From UHGV virus genome UHGV-1752292: a DNA stretch of 28,274 nt. The stretch is one strand, 5' to 3'. This document shows positions 1 to 9,359 of this stretch, one piece after another. Position numbers and translations under genes: made by a program. The DNA comes from a virus. Below the pieces are notes generated by a model, which searched no databases, was not told where the DNA came from, and saw only the letters and a list, made by a program, of their open reading frames with translations. Each line of letters opens with the position of its first letter. Within the stretch, counting starts at the first letter, position 1.

Positions 1-316
1 ACCTTTTGTGTAGTAGGTTTGGATAATGTAAAAGTCAAAAAATTCTTTTCCAAAGCTCTCAATATCTTTTTTAATATACTCAGAAGAAGTCTCATAAGTC
101 ATCCAATCACTTTCCTTAGTGACTATCTTCTTCCGAGTCTTACCAGCAACTTTTCTTTTGGTCACGCTATTAAACTGTTTCCTTCCGATATAATATTGTC
201 CAGTCTTCTTACAGTGTACTAAATAGACAAAGCCAAAATGTTTAGTGGGGTCAACTTCCCCACATAAAGATACCCAATGACCATAGGTAGGGCAATTACC
301 AAATCCTTTAATCTTC
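1..316 (-). CDS. GIY-YIG family homing endonuclease, N-terminal part (gene runs off the window start)
   Basis: Minus-strand ATG at 314-316 with GGGAG about 10 nt upstream; open frame to position 1 with no stop. Translation MKIKGFGNCPTYGHWVSLCGEVDPTKHFGFVYLVHCKKTGQYYIGRK shows GFVY...YYIG spacing typical of the GIY-YIG motif. Not in the ORF track because it is truncated. Confidence 0.45.
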
Positions 317-1348
317 ATTCATACAAGGCTCCCAATTATATTTCTTAAAAGTGAAATTATCTTTTGGATTTCTCTCTTGATATGCTATCCAGAAATGCTG
401 TTCCATTAACTCTAACGGTGTCTTTGTAACAGTCTGTCCATCCCATGACACATAGGTATAAGAGTCTTTTTTAGCATAGAGTTCATAGATAGCGTCAAGA
501 CACTCTTTATAGGTCTCTTTACCATCTAAAGCATTCATCACAGCTACTTTACCAGCACCTTTTAGTCCGAAGTAGTTGTCTGCATTATCTCCAGCAACAG
601 CCTGATAACACAAGAATTTAAAACCTACACCAACTGTTTTTGCAGCTTTTGGTTTTGATTTGATAGGGCAATCCCAGATATTACCAACATTATTATCAGC
701 AATAAAGATTAGTGGTGATTTTTCATAAGTCATATCAATACAATAAGTCCCTTCAGCTTGTCGAAGGTCTTTGTCAATACTCATAAGAGCAGCTTTCTTA
801 CCCATCTTTTCAGCTTTAGCAATTACGATTGAATCGGCTTCGAAGCCACCCTTTAAGAGTTTGAACTCTGGTCTTGACAGAAGATACTCACGACAAGCAA
901 CTAAGTGTGTTGGTGTGACAGCCTCTTTACGGTTACCTTGATATTGGTGCTCAAGACCTTTAATGTCTTTATGTTTATGTACACCCTTCTCTGTTAAATA
1001 ACCTACCCAAGTTCTTTCTTTACCAACAACCTTAAGCCATTCCTGAAGAACCTGTTGAGTAGCCATGATAGCTTCTTTTTCACTCTTAGCCTCTTTCCAA
1101 GTCTGTCTTTCCCATTCATCTTCATCAAATGTCAGGCCAAGCTCTTCCACAAGGATTCTCTGGTCTGCTAACCATCTTGCAGCATCTTTCGCATTATCAA
1201 ATGGCTCAGATTCTTCTGCTGTGAGTTTATTGACGTATTTATATTTTGCTTTCTCAACTACACAAGCACCTTTATAGGCAATACTGTCAGAGTCGATAAA
1301 GACATGTGTAACTGAATCGGGAAGTTTTGTTAGTGTATACTTCTCCAT
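308..1348 (-). CDS. 5'-3' exonuclease / flap endonuclease (T7 gp6-like, FEN/PIN fold)
   Basis: 346 aa; N-terminal VFIDSDSIAY acidic cluster and central MSIDKDLRQ motif resemble the metal-binding motifs of T7 gp6 / T5 D15-type exonucleases; GGAGAG RBS 7 nt upstream of the ATG. Confidence 0.7.
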   Translation of the reverse strand: MEKYTLTKLPDSVTHVFIDSDSIAYKGACVVEKAKYKYVNKLTAEESEPFDNAKDAARWLADQRILVEELGLTFDEDEWERQTWKEAKSEKEAIMATQQVLQEWLKVVGKERTWVGYLTEKGVHKHKDIKGLEHQYQGNRKEAVTPTHLVACREYLLSRPEFKLLKGGFEADSIVIAKAEKMGKKAALMSIDKDLRQAEGTYCIDMTYEKSPLIFIADNNVGNIWDCPIKSKPKAAKTVGVGFKFLCYQAVAGDNADNYFGLKGAGKVAVMNALDGKETYKECLDAIYELYAKKDSYTYVSWDGQTVTKTPLELMEQHFWIAYQERNPKDNFTFKKYNWEPCMNED

Positions 1349-1366
1349 TGTGGCTCTCCATATGAA

Positions 1367-1393
1367 AAAGCCCCATACTAAGTACAGGGCTTT
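1367..1393 (-). terminator. Putative intrinsic terminator/attenuator between the SSB and exonuclease genes
   Basis: Hairpin AAAGCCC / GGGCTTT (7 bp, about 13-nt loop); on the minus-strand transcript the stem is followed by a U-run. Weak-to-moderate and probably partial, since the exonuclease gene follows directly. Confidence 0.35.
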
Positions 1394-1410
1394 AAAGTAA
1401 CTTTTAGAGA

Positions 1411-2268
1411 TTAGTCTTCTGTATCGAAGTCTTCATCTTCTTCGTCATCTGGGTCTGGCAAGTCTTCATCGTCACCATCATCAGAATCATTCGAAGGTTT
1501 GTGGTCTTTTGCGTCTTCTTCAGTGATTTCACCGTTATCTTCGACACCATCAAGACCAAGCATAGCCAGTTCGTCTTCATCCAGTTCAGGTTCACCGTTA
1601 GCACCGTTACCACCAGTGTAAGGTACAAGGGTGTCAATGATAAACTGTTCCTGAATAGGTTTTGTCAGAACATTGTTCTCAAAAGTGTAGAAGTGAGTAG
1701 AAAGAATCACACTACCAAAAGAACCGTTACCAACTGCAATATCTGGATGAATTACATCATAGTTCTTGTCATCTTCATGTTTATCAGATGCTTGAGCTTT
1801 GATTTTCTTCATCGGCTGTTTAACAGCTACACGCTTACCATTTACTTCTTCAATCAGCATTACAGGGAATGACTGTTTAGCTGTCCACACAGCACCATCT
1901 TTATAAGCTGCTGCACGACTTACTTTCAAGATGTAGTAAGTGTCTGCTTCAAATGGTGGTTTGCAACCAAACTTCTCTTCGAAGTCATCTGCATCAACTG
2001 CTTCAGTAGTAACTTTATCCCAGCCTTCTGGATTTTTCTTAGACTTAGTAAACTCTTTAAACAGTTTGTTACCGTCTTCTGCCAGAATTGATACGCTGTA
2101 GTTACAGTCTTTGCCTGGGAATTTCTTATCAATAGACTTACCTTTTCCCGGACGTGGTGAAGTGTTCAGGTAATAAAACCAGACATCTTTCAGCAGGTAA
2201 CGCAGAGTTTGACGTTCAGTACCGTTGTACTTCTCTACCGGAGCTTTCATTTTAACAACTTTAGACAT
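1411..2268 (-). CDS. Single-stranded DNA-binding protein with acidic C-terminal tail (T7 gp2.5-like)
   Basis: 285 aa ending in a long Asp/Glu-rich tail (…DDGDDEDLPDPDDEEDEDFDTED), the hallmark of gp2.5-type SSBs; position next to primase-helicase and exonuclease genes. Confidence 0.55.
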   Translation of the reverse strand: MSKVVKMKAPVEKYNGTERQTLRYLLKDVWFYYLNTSPRPGKGKSIDKKFPGKDCNYSVSILAEDGNKLFKEFTKSKKNPEGWDKVTTEAVDADDFEEKFGCKPPFEADTYYILKVSRAAAYKDGAVWTAKQSFPVMLIEEVNGKRVAVKQPMKKIKAQASDKHEDDKNYDVIHPDIAVGNGSFGSVILSTHFYTFENNVLTKPIQEQFIIDTLVPYTGGNGANGEPELDEDELAMLGLDGVEDNGEITEEDAKDHKPSNDSDDGDDEDLPDPDDEEDEDFDTED

Positions 2269-2304
2269 TATTTAAACCTCTATCTCAATTTATGAAGAGT
2301 ACCA

Positions 2305-2334
2305 ATTCTAGTTTGTTGATACTCTATTGTCAAA
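2305..2334 (-). promoter_or_regulatory. Sigma70-like promoter upstream of the SSB gene (minus strand)
   Basis: On the minus strand TTGACA (plus 2329-2334) - 18 nt - TAGAAT (plus 2305-2310), about 35 nt upstream of the SSB start codon. Confidence 0.35.
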
Positions 2335-2340
2335 TACTAA

Positions 2341-2490
2341 TTACTGGAAGTTGTGCTTATCTTTAGAAGCTGCTTTACGTGCAGTTTTTCCAGTTCTTAC
2401 ACGTTTTTCTTCATAGTATTTTGCTGGTTTTCCAGCAGTGGCTTTTAAGGAATCCCCAAAAACTTTTTCAAATGCTTTAGAGTGTTTCAT
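2341..2490 (-). CDS. Small basic hypothetical protein (49 aa)
   Basis: Not in the ORF track (under 60 aa). ATG at 2488-2490 overlaps the TGA stop of the upstream ORF (ATGA coupling); GGAG 7 nt upstream. Translation MKHSKAFEKVFGDSLKATAGKPAKYYEEKRVRTGKTARKAASKDKHNFQ is Lys/Arg-rich. Confidence 0.3.
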   Translation of the reverse strand: MKHSKAFEKVFGDSLKATAGKPAKYYEEKRVRTGKTARKAASKDKHNFQ

Positions 2491-2780
2491 GATATTCTCC
2501 GATATACTTGATATTCAAACACATTTTCTTTAATTATAAACAGCCAACTAATATTATGCTGAGGCAGCGCAATGACGACTGTAATCATGTTCTGGTGGAA
2601 GTCTTCTTTTATCTCAACTTCTCCATCGCATTTCATGAGGAGCATTCTATAGAACCTATCAATCTTTGTCAAACACTCTTCCTGAAATTTATTTAAACTT
2701 TTTTCTTCAAAGAAGGGTGTGAACCCCTCTCTTTTATAGCTATCACTCAGTTTCGAATGGGCAGTCATCCGCATCCTCAC
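2487..2780 (-). CDS. Hypothetical protein
   Basis: 97-aa ORF in the operon; 5' end overlaps the primase-helicase stop by 38 nt, so the true start may be an internal Met; stop overlaps the start of the next small ORF. Confidence 0.35.
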   Translation of the reverse strand: MRMRMTAHSKLSDSYKREGFTPFFEEKSLNKFQEECLTKIDRFYRMLLMKCDGEVEIKEDFHQNMITVVIALPQHNISWLFIIKENVFEYQVYRRIS

Positions 2781-4734
2781 TTAATACAGGTGGAATCGTT
2801 GAGCTTTGACGCTGCTCTTCAGTATAGACTTCACCAGTCTCACGGTCAAACACTTCATCCTCATAATGTGGCAAAGAGTCATCATAATGGTCTTCAGCTT
2901 CACCAATACCAAACTGTTGGCGAATATTTTCTGCTGCACCATCAATATCAACACCACATCCAGAAGCTTTGATAAGACGTCCTGTATCTGGATTGTACCA
3001 AGTATGACCAGCAATACCTGTTGATTTACCATGACGACGACACTTAGTTAACTTGATTTTTGTCAAGTTTTTCTTAACAGGGTCTGGGTCAACCTTGTTA
3101 CGCATTAACAGAATGTTGTTCATAGAAATCTGGAAATACGCACCAGAGCCTTTAATATCCTCTTCAGAGATATCTCCACCTTCAGAGTTAGCCTTCTGAC
3201 CACCTGCACTCTTACGAACGTGACAGACGTTCACTTGTGCATACTGGTAGCGTTTGCAACGACGCAATAGCTCAGATAAAACTTCCTCTTCATCCGTATC
3301 TGAACGTGACAGAGCCAACGTAATAGGGTCAAGAATAATAATCTTACAGTCTAAGCTGTTAACAAGATAGTCAACAAACTCCAGCAAGTTATCTTGGTCA
3401 ATTGCCCCTTGATGGTCTACGATGTGGATACGACGACCTTTAGATAGTTCTGCGTGTGCTTCCTTCAATTCATCCCAATCACGTTCGTCATAAGGAATCT
3501 CAGCAATCTGCTTGCTAAGGTGGATTGCACAGAGCATCTCCATCAACTCTTCATAGGTATCCTCTACAGGAATTACACCAATATTGTAATCGGTATCTTT
3601 CCAAGCTGTGTAAATCATTTCACGAGTGTATGCTGATTTACCCACTGAAGATGGTGCTGCCAGAGTTGTAATCTCACCTAGACCATAACCACCATAAGTC
3701 AGCCTGTTCAAATCTCCGAAAGATTCTGGGAAAGGAATCAATGGAATCTGACCACGGTTCTTCATTGCCTCAAAACCATCTGCAAAGTTCTTGATACCAG
3801 CAGGGCAGTAACGAGGTGCATTGTAGATACGCTGCTTAAACCCTTCAAGAACTGTATCTTTCTCTTTATAGAACTTTGTCCACCATTCGTTAAGGTCTTT
3901 TACACCTTCTGGATACTGGAATAAACGAACCTTCTCAATAGGGAGAATGCCAGCAGCCTCTTTAGTGGCTTTAGCACCTGCTTCATCGTTATCAAAGCAC
4001 AAGTAAATCTCATCAAATGATGTGATGTACTGATAGTTGTCTTTGATAGACTTAATGTTTGCACCCGATGGAACAGATACGTGACAGTAATTCTTACGAC
4101 GAGACTTGTCCTTAATCGCAAGAGAAGTCATATAGATTGCTGTCGCACATTCCATCTCACCTTCCCAGATGAAGAGACGGTTACCACCTTCTGGAGCAAT
4201 CCATGAGCCGAACATTGCCAGTTCACCTTTAATGTCTCCAACACCACCAGAAAAGTCTTTTAACTTACCACGTAGGTGCTCTTTTGGGTGGTCTTCTGGG
4301 TAACGGTGACGAACACGGTAGCCAACATGCTCTAGCTTGCCATCTTCATTGCGTTTGTAAGTTGGGTAGAAATGCGCATCAATTTCACCATCACTGTCAA
4401 TATCAACCTTAATACCCAAACGCTCAAGAACTTTTGCAGGAATCTTCCTGTCTTTCAAGTCCATTGCTTCAAGGTTTTCTTTCACATCGTCTAAATCCAT
4501 TCCACGGAAAGTACGGTTTTTATTGTCTGAACCAGTAGAATAAGTGCTCACGATTTGTCCTTTATCAAAATCCCACTCTGGGAAACCTTTGTTACAACTA
4601 AAGCAAGTCATTGAATAAGAATCATCGTCATGATGATAGATTGAACCAGCATCTGATGAACCACAACGTGGACATGCACAATGACCAACAAACTGACCAG
4701 CCTCTTTCAATTTACGACCTTTAGACATTAGCAC
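2743..4734 (-). CDS. Bifunctional DNA primase-helicase (T7 gp4-like)
   Basis: 663 aa; N-terminal Cys4 zinc ribbon (CPRCGSSD…CFSCNKGF) resembling the T7 gp4 primase Zn motif; central acidic TOPRIM-like region; C-terminal DnaB-like helicase with Walker A (APSSVGKSAYT) and Walker B-like IILDPIT. Confidence 0.85.
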   Translation of the reverse strand: MLMSKGRKLKEAGQFVGHCACPRCGSSDAGSIYHHDDDSYSMTCFSCNKGFPEWDFDKGQIVSTYSTGSDNKNRTFRGMDLDDVKENLEAMDLKDRKIPAKVLERLGIKVDIDSDGEIDAHFYPTYKRNEDGKLEHVGYRVRHRYPEDHPKEHLRGKLKDFSGGVGDIKGELAMFGSWIAPEGGNRLFIWEGEMECATAIYMTSLAIKDKSRRKNYCHVSVPSGANIKSIKDNYQYITSFDEIYLCFDNDEAGAKATKEAAGILPIEKVRLFQYPEGVKDLNEWWTKFYKEKDTVLEGFKQRIYNAPRYCPAGIKNFADGFEAMKNRGQIPLIPFPESFGDLNRLTYGGYGLGEITTLAAPSSVGKSAYTREMIYTAWKDTDYNIGVIPVEDTYEELMEMLCAIHLSKQIAEIPYDERDWDELKEAHAELSKGRRIHIVDHQGAIDQDNLLEFVDYLVNSLDCKIIILDPITLALSRSDTDEEEVLSELLRRCKRYQYAQVNVCHVRKSAGGQKANSEGGDISEEDIKGSGAYFQISMNNILLMRNKVDPDPVKKNLTKIKLTKCRRHGKSTGIAGHTWYNPDTGRLIKASGCGVDIDGAAENIRQQFGIGEAEDHYDDSLPHYEDEVFDRETGEVYTEEQRQSSTIPPVLSEDADDCPFETE

Positions 4735-4921
4735 CTCTTCGTTGTAGTTCTGCCTTCAATCCATTTTCAATCTTGTTCAGTTCATGAATTTCATCTGCAA
4801 TCTCTTTCCTTCGTGATTCAACTCTCTTAAGACGTTCAATCATTACCTCATTGGAAAGAGATGAGAGTTCCACTAAACGGTGGTCAATAACTTTAAAATT
4901 GTCTTTTACTCTCATCTTCAT
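4721..4921 (-). CDS. Hypothetical small coiled-coil protein
   Basis: 66-aa ORF between the dNMP kinase and primase-helicase genes; stop overlaps the primase-helicase start by 14 nt; charged heptad-like sequence. Confidence 0.4.
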   Translation of the reverse strand: MKMRVKDNFKVIDHRLVELSSLSNEVMIERLKRVESRRKEIADEIHELNKIENGLKAELQRRGANV

Positions 4922-4929
4922 TATCTCTT

Positions 4930-5673
4930 TTAAACTTTAATGATGGCTCTTAGCTTGTTCTCAAGGTCTGCAAGAGTACCATTATTATGAATAATGTCAC
5001 GCTCATATTTTGTAGAAATCCCATTTTCTGAAACATGTGATGAAACTTTGTCCACATTGTCTCTTTTTACTTCAATAGTTTGGTGTGCAAATCTACTCAG
5101 CCATTCAGCTTCAGAGTCAAATCTTAAATCACTGATTAAGACAAAACCATATTGATTTCTAAGTGAGCACATTTCATGGAATCTAACCATTCTTTTTTCA
5201 AGGTCTTTAGACCAGAACTTGTCGCCCATTACTTTACGGACAACTTCAGTACCCCAAATCTGTTGAATTTGTCTTGATGAGAATTTATACTTTTTGCTAA
5301 ACCCCAGACGTGTCAATAGAGTCGGTTTAGCAACCTTCTTAAGCTCCATGATTAATCGTCCGGTTAACTCTGACATAAGCTTGAAGTCCATATGGTAACG
5401 TTCATCCCTGAAGGTGAACTCCATAGCTTCCGTAACTTTAAACATCAGTTCATGATATGATAAGTCAAATACCTGCGGAGTCTCTTTAGTTTCACCATAC
5501 AGGTCATTCCAAGTCAGGTCAAATATCTTTGATGCAGACAGTTTAAGGTTGTCTGCAAAGGCCATTACAGCAACATTGTAGCCGTGCTCATCCTCTAAGA
5601 TGTTCTTCACAATAGAACATGAGGTGTCTTTTCCAGAACGTGCCTTTCCAGTAAATGCGATAATATTACTCAT
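4930..5673 (-). CDS. Deoxynucleoside monophosphate kinase (T4 gp1-like)
   Basis: 247 aa; N-terminal P-loop IAFTGKARSGKDT matches the phage dNMP kinase motif (T4 gp1 GVKRSGKDT); GGAG RBS. Confidence 0.65.
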   Translation of the reverse strand: MSNIIAFTGKARSGKDTSCSIVKNILEDEHGYNVAVMAFADNLKLSASKIFDLTWNDLYGETKETPQVFDLSYHELMFKVTEAMEFTFRDERYHMDFKLMSELTGRLIMELKKVAKPTLLTRLGFSKKYKFSSRQIQQIWGTEVVRKVMGDKFWSKDLEKRMVRFHEMCSLRNQYGFVLISDLRFDSEAEWLSRFAHQTIEVKRDNVDKVSSHVSENGISTKYERDIIHNNGTLADLENKLRAIIKV

Positions 5674-5690
5674 TTTATCTCCATTAATTA

Positions 5691-5717
5691 CTAAAAAGCC
5701 CCCAACTAAGGAGGCTT
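5691..5717 (-). terminator. Intrinsic terminator (minus strand)
   Basis: On the minus-strand RNA: AAGCCUCC - uuaguu - GGGGGCUU (8-bp stem with one G-U pair) followed by UUUUU; sits in the 61-nt gap between the 266-aa ORF and the dNMP kinase gene. Confidence 0.45.
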
Positions 5718-5734
5718 GTAAGATTTATAAAGAC

Positions 5735-6535
5735 TTAGTGCAGTTGCTCAGCAGACTCTTTTTCAGCCATAGCTGAGATTTGCTTCACAAAATCATCACC
5801 GAAGTTAATGCGTAGTTTCTCTTCAATGATTGAAGCACCAATGTTCACCAAAACATCATTGATTGCTTGCATACTAACGCCACCAGTCATTTCCTCAATG
5901 AACTCAATACTCACACCCATCATCTGTGACAGTTGGATTAGTGCAACGATATTCATCATCGTAGAGATAGCTGGAATCATCAGTGCAACTTTCACCTGAA
6001 GTGGTTCAATGTCAGCTACAGAGTCATTTTCAACAGCTTCTTCCAAAGACTCTTTAGTTTGCTGGATAATCTCTTTGATTCGTGGGTTTAATTCTTCTAC
6101 GCCCCAATCAAGTTTTTCATATCGTGAAAGTTTCTCTTCCATGCGCTTCTCAAGAGCAGCCATAACAGCACTAGTTGATGAAATTAACAGGTCAATTAGT
6201 TCATCATTACCTGCGAGTAGTAGCAAGTCTTTTTCTTCAGTGGTCATGGCAATATAGTCATTTTTCTGCATCTCATAAAAAATGAACTCTGCAAGAGCAT
6301 CAACACCTACAACGATAGATGCTAAAGCAAGTGTTTTGTCGCAAAGCATCATGTTGACCTGTTCTGCAAAAGCACCGTTATCAGACTTGTCTTCAGGCAA
6401 GTTATAGCTTGCAGGCATAAACTGTTCTGTGTAGTTGTTGCCACGAAGAATCATAGCCATGCTTTCTACGGCATTGATTAAGAATGCTTCATCAACACCT
6501 TTCTCTTCAAGCATCTTTTCTACATCGATATTCAT
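5735..6535 (-). CDS. Hypothetical acidic protein
   Basis: 266-aa ORF, visibly rich in Glu/Asp with few Lys/Arg; no recognisable catalytic motif; second gene of the leftward operon. Confidence 0.5.
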   Translation of the reverse strand: MNIDVEKMLEEKGVDEAFLINAVESMAMILRGNNYTEQFMPASYNLPEDKSDNGAFAEQVNMMLCDKTLALASIVVGVDALAEFIFYEMQKNDYIAMTTEEKDLLLLAGNDELIDLLISSTSAVMAALEKRMEEKLSRYEKLDWGVEELNPRIKEIIQQTKESLEEAVENDSVADIEPLQVKVALMIPAISTMMNIVALIQLSQMMGVSIEFIEEMTGGVSMQAINDVLVNIGASIIEEKLRINFGDDFVKQISAMAEKESAEQLH

Positions 6536-6536
6536 A

Positions 6537-6959
6537 TTATTTCTCTCTCAGTTGGTTAAGTTTCTTTCTAGAACATTTTAAGTTTTCGGATGAAGAAAAG
6601 TCAAGTGTCTTTTCAGAACGTGGATAGTAATGTCTATCCCAAGAAGTTTCAACATCGTTAATCAGTGACGCTAGATTACACAGGTCTGTACCACTTTGCA
6701 ACCTCTTTTTAAGAGAATCTAGTAAAGCAACTGTGTCTTTAGCTTTACGTCTCGCTGTAGCAACATCTTTCATATGCTCAAATACAGAGCATTTTAAGTC
6801 ATCTTCATAGTTTTCAGACAACTCTATTTCATGTTGTATATCAACCATTCTCCTGTGATGGTGAGCATATTCCCGTTGAGCAGCAATGTCAAGTTCTTCC
6901 AACTTCTGCAAAGCCCTAACAAAGTCAGCTATGTCTGGGTGAACAAACATTTTCTGCAT
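6537..6959 (-). CDS. Hypothetical protein (first gene of leftward operon)
   Basis: 140-aa ORF directly downstream of the divergent AT-rich control region; no recognisable motif. Confidence 0.5.
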   Translation of the reverse strand: MQKMFVHPDIADFVRALQKLEELDIAAQREYAHHHRRMVDIQHEIELSENYEDDLKCSVFEHMKDVATARRKAKDTVALLDSLKKRLQSGTDLCNLASLINDVETSWDRHYYPRSEKTLDFSSSENLKCSRKKLNQLREK

Positions 6960-7216
6960 GTAAGCCTCTTTTAAGTAACTATTAAGTTTTAATCTTTTAT
7001 CTTAACGTATTCTATACGTTATACTTTAAAGCTTTTTAAAAGCTATTAAATAATCTTTTAAGAGTTTTAAAGTATCTGTATAGTTAAACTGTTAAGTAAC
7101 CTTTTAAGTAAAAACCCACTTCGCAAAGATTAACACCTTGTCAAGTACATTGTCAACTTGCTTTTTATAATTTTTTGCAGTAATGTATGAGGTTAATGAT
7201 TTTAGAGGGAGTAAAA
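6960..7216. promoter_or_regulatory. Divergent AT-rich intergenic control region
   Basis: About 255 bp of AT-rich non-coding DNA between divergently transcribed operons; TATAAT at 7166-7171 about 45 nt upstream of the polymerase start; near-palindrome AGCTTTTTAAAAGCT (7030-7044); recurring CTTTTAAG(A/T) motifs. No clean -35 could be paired with the -10. Confidence 0.4.
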
Positions 7217-9359
7217 ATGGAAAACGTAGATTTTAAAAACTTACATTTAGTTGGTGATACAGAGACTGATGGTTTACTCCTTGAGTTCACTAAGGTGCAC
7301 GTAATGGCTTTCGCAGACTATAAATCTGACGATGAAGAGCCTCCTGTATGGGTCTTTACAGATGAGCCTATCCTCGGTCACAAGTATACCAAGTACATTA
7401 AGGGTGGCTTGCGTGAAGGTGTTGAGTTTGCGTTAAAGGCAAAACGACTTTGCATCCATAATGGTTTAGGGTATGACTGGTGGGTTTTCAATCATATTGC
7501 ACCTGATTTGTGGAACTTTGATAATCCAAAGTGTAAGCCGTGGAGTAATTTCTTTCAGGATTCTCTTATCCAGTCTCGTGTTCAGTGGATGGATAGACCA
7601 ACTCCAAAGGGCTATAAAGGTGCTCATGGCTTGGCAGCATGGGGTGCTCGTGTTGGTGTACGTAAACCAGAGATTGAACATTGGGGTGTGTGGAATGCAG
7701 AAATCTTCACTCGTGTTGTAGAAGATATTCGTATTAACGCCAAAACTAAACGTGCACTGGATAATGAATATCTCAAGCTAAAGAAGTGTGGCGTAGATAC
7801 TTATGAAACCTACATGCGAGCTAAAGAAACATCTTTCTGGATGAGTCAACAAGCTATCAATGGTTGGAAAGCTGATAAAGAGCTTATGGAGTTCCATGTA
7901 AAGGAACTTGACAAGTTGACTAATGAACTTGCTTCAGAGGTTGAACCACATCTACCTCCAACTATTAAGACCAAAGGTAAAGTCACTGGAGAAGAGTTTG
8001 CAAAAGCTTGGAATGAGTATGTTGAAACATTCGGTCATGCAGATGGACTGAAGAGGATTACCAAGTACCCTAAGACAAAGTATCGTCAGCAGGTACGTAA
8101 CGGTGAGATGCAGACATATGAAATCAAGCCATTTGGTAAACCAACTACCAAAATTTTTAACATTGAAAAGCGGAATTGCTATACACCAACCAACTCCGTA
8201 ACTGGTGAAGAGTACAAGGAAGGTTTTGTAGCAATGAAGGATGCTCGTGCAATTTGCAATGAGTTGAATGCAAAGATTGGTAAGAAGTGCAAAGACTGGA
8301 AGCCAGTAAAAACAGTTAAAACTGTGAAGTACTATAATAGCCATGTTGTTAACCACTTTGAACTTGAGTCAAGTCGCTACACAGGTTTGATTGATGCACC
8401 ATATACACCAATTGAGTTCGAAGTTTCTCGTATGACTCAAGTAGCAGTTGTTAAAGACTACTTGAAATCAGTTGGTTGGATTCCAGATGACTGGAACTAC
8501 AAGAAAGACTCAGATGGTCGTCCTGTTAAGGTTTGTCGTTTCAAAGACAACAAAAAGATGATTACAAAACATCCTAAGTGGGATGAGATGGTGGAACGGT
8601 GTGGTTTGAGTTATGTTGAACATGAAGGTGTCCAGTACATTGAACATAACTGGTCTGTGAAGAAGTACACAGATTTGCTTGAACCTTGCTTAATCCGTAC
8701 TTCACCAAAACTTACTGAATCATCTTATGATACGATTGAAGGTGAACTTGGACAGAAGATTGCTAAGTACTACACTTTGATGCACCGACGCAGAACTATT
8801 GAGAACTCAAAGGATGATGAAAAAGGTTGGTTGAACCAGATTCGTCCTGATGGTCGCCTTAGTGCTGGTGCAATGGTGTTTGGTACTTCAACTGGACGTA
8901 TGACACAATATGGTATTGTAAACGTACCATCTGGTGCTGCTGTCTATGGAGCGCCTATGAGGGAGGTTTGGATTTGCGAGGAAGGGACTAATATCGTTTC
9001 AGTTGACCAGAACTCTGCACAGCTTGTTTTACTGTGCAACTTTATGGGTGATAAAGACTTCACCAAAGCGGTAACTGAAGGTAAAGAGTTTGTAGAGTTC
9101 ACTAAACAGGATGATGGACGATACTACTGCAAGCATCTTGATAAGTACCTAAATCCAGAGGCTGATAAATATTGTCGTTACGATGCTGATAACGATTTGT
9201 ATGAAGTCTACACAGGTACTGATGCGCATACACTTAACAGTATCTATTTTGCATTGAACAAAGAAGAAGATATTATCCGTTGTAGAGAGACACAGGATGA
9301 GGAACTTCTTCACGAGATAACTAAAGGCCGTAAGAAGGCTAAGAATGGTATCTATGCGT
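7217..9359 (+). CDS. DNA polymerase (family A, T7 gp5-like), exon 1
   Basis: ATG at 7217 preceded by AGAGGGA (the track ORF starts in-frame at 7187). 3'-5' exonuclease Exo I motif VGDTETDGL near the N-terminus; motif A-like IVSVDQNSAQL; frame runs into the first half of motif B (AKNGIYA) before the intron. Exon end set by the predicted P1 helix (see findings). Confidence 0.8.

Noticed and set aside
19-222. 67-aa plus-strand ORF at the window start
   Set aside because: Lies antisense within the truncated GIY-YIG endonuclease gene, with no RBS and low-complexity translation; shadow ORF.
1065-3636. Plus-strand ORFs 1065-1277, 1501-1872, 2508-2696, 2757-2972, 2806-3024, 3454-3636 and minus-strand 1404-1637, 1926-2132, 2781-3032, 3900-4121
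   Set aside because: All are embedded in or antisense to the well-supported exonuclease, SSB and primase-helicase genes; their translations are low-complexity and lack RBSs.
5808-6257. Plus-strand ORFs 5808-5999 and 6009-6257
   Set aside because: Antisense to the 266-aa minus-strand gene in a uniformly minus-strand operon; Ser-rich shadow translations.
7187-7216. Upstream in-frame ATG at 7187 as the polymerase start
   Set aside because: ATG 7217 has a well-spaced AGAGGGA Shine-Dalgarno; 7187 has none. Both are in frame, so the difference is 10 residues.
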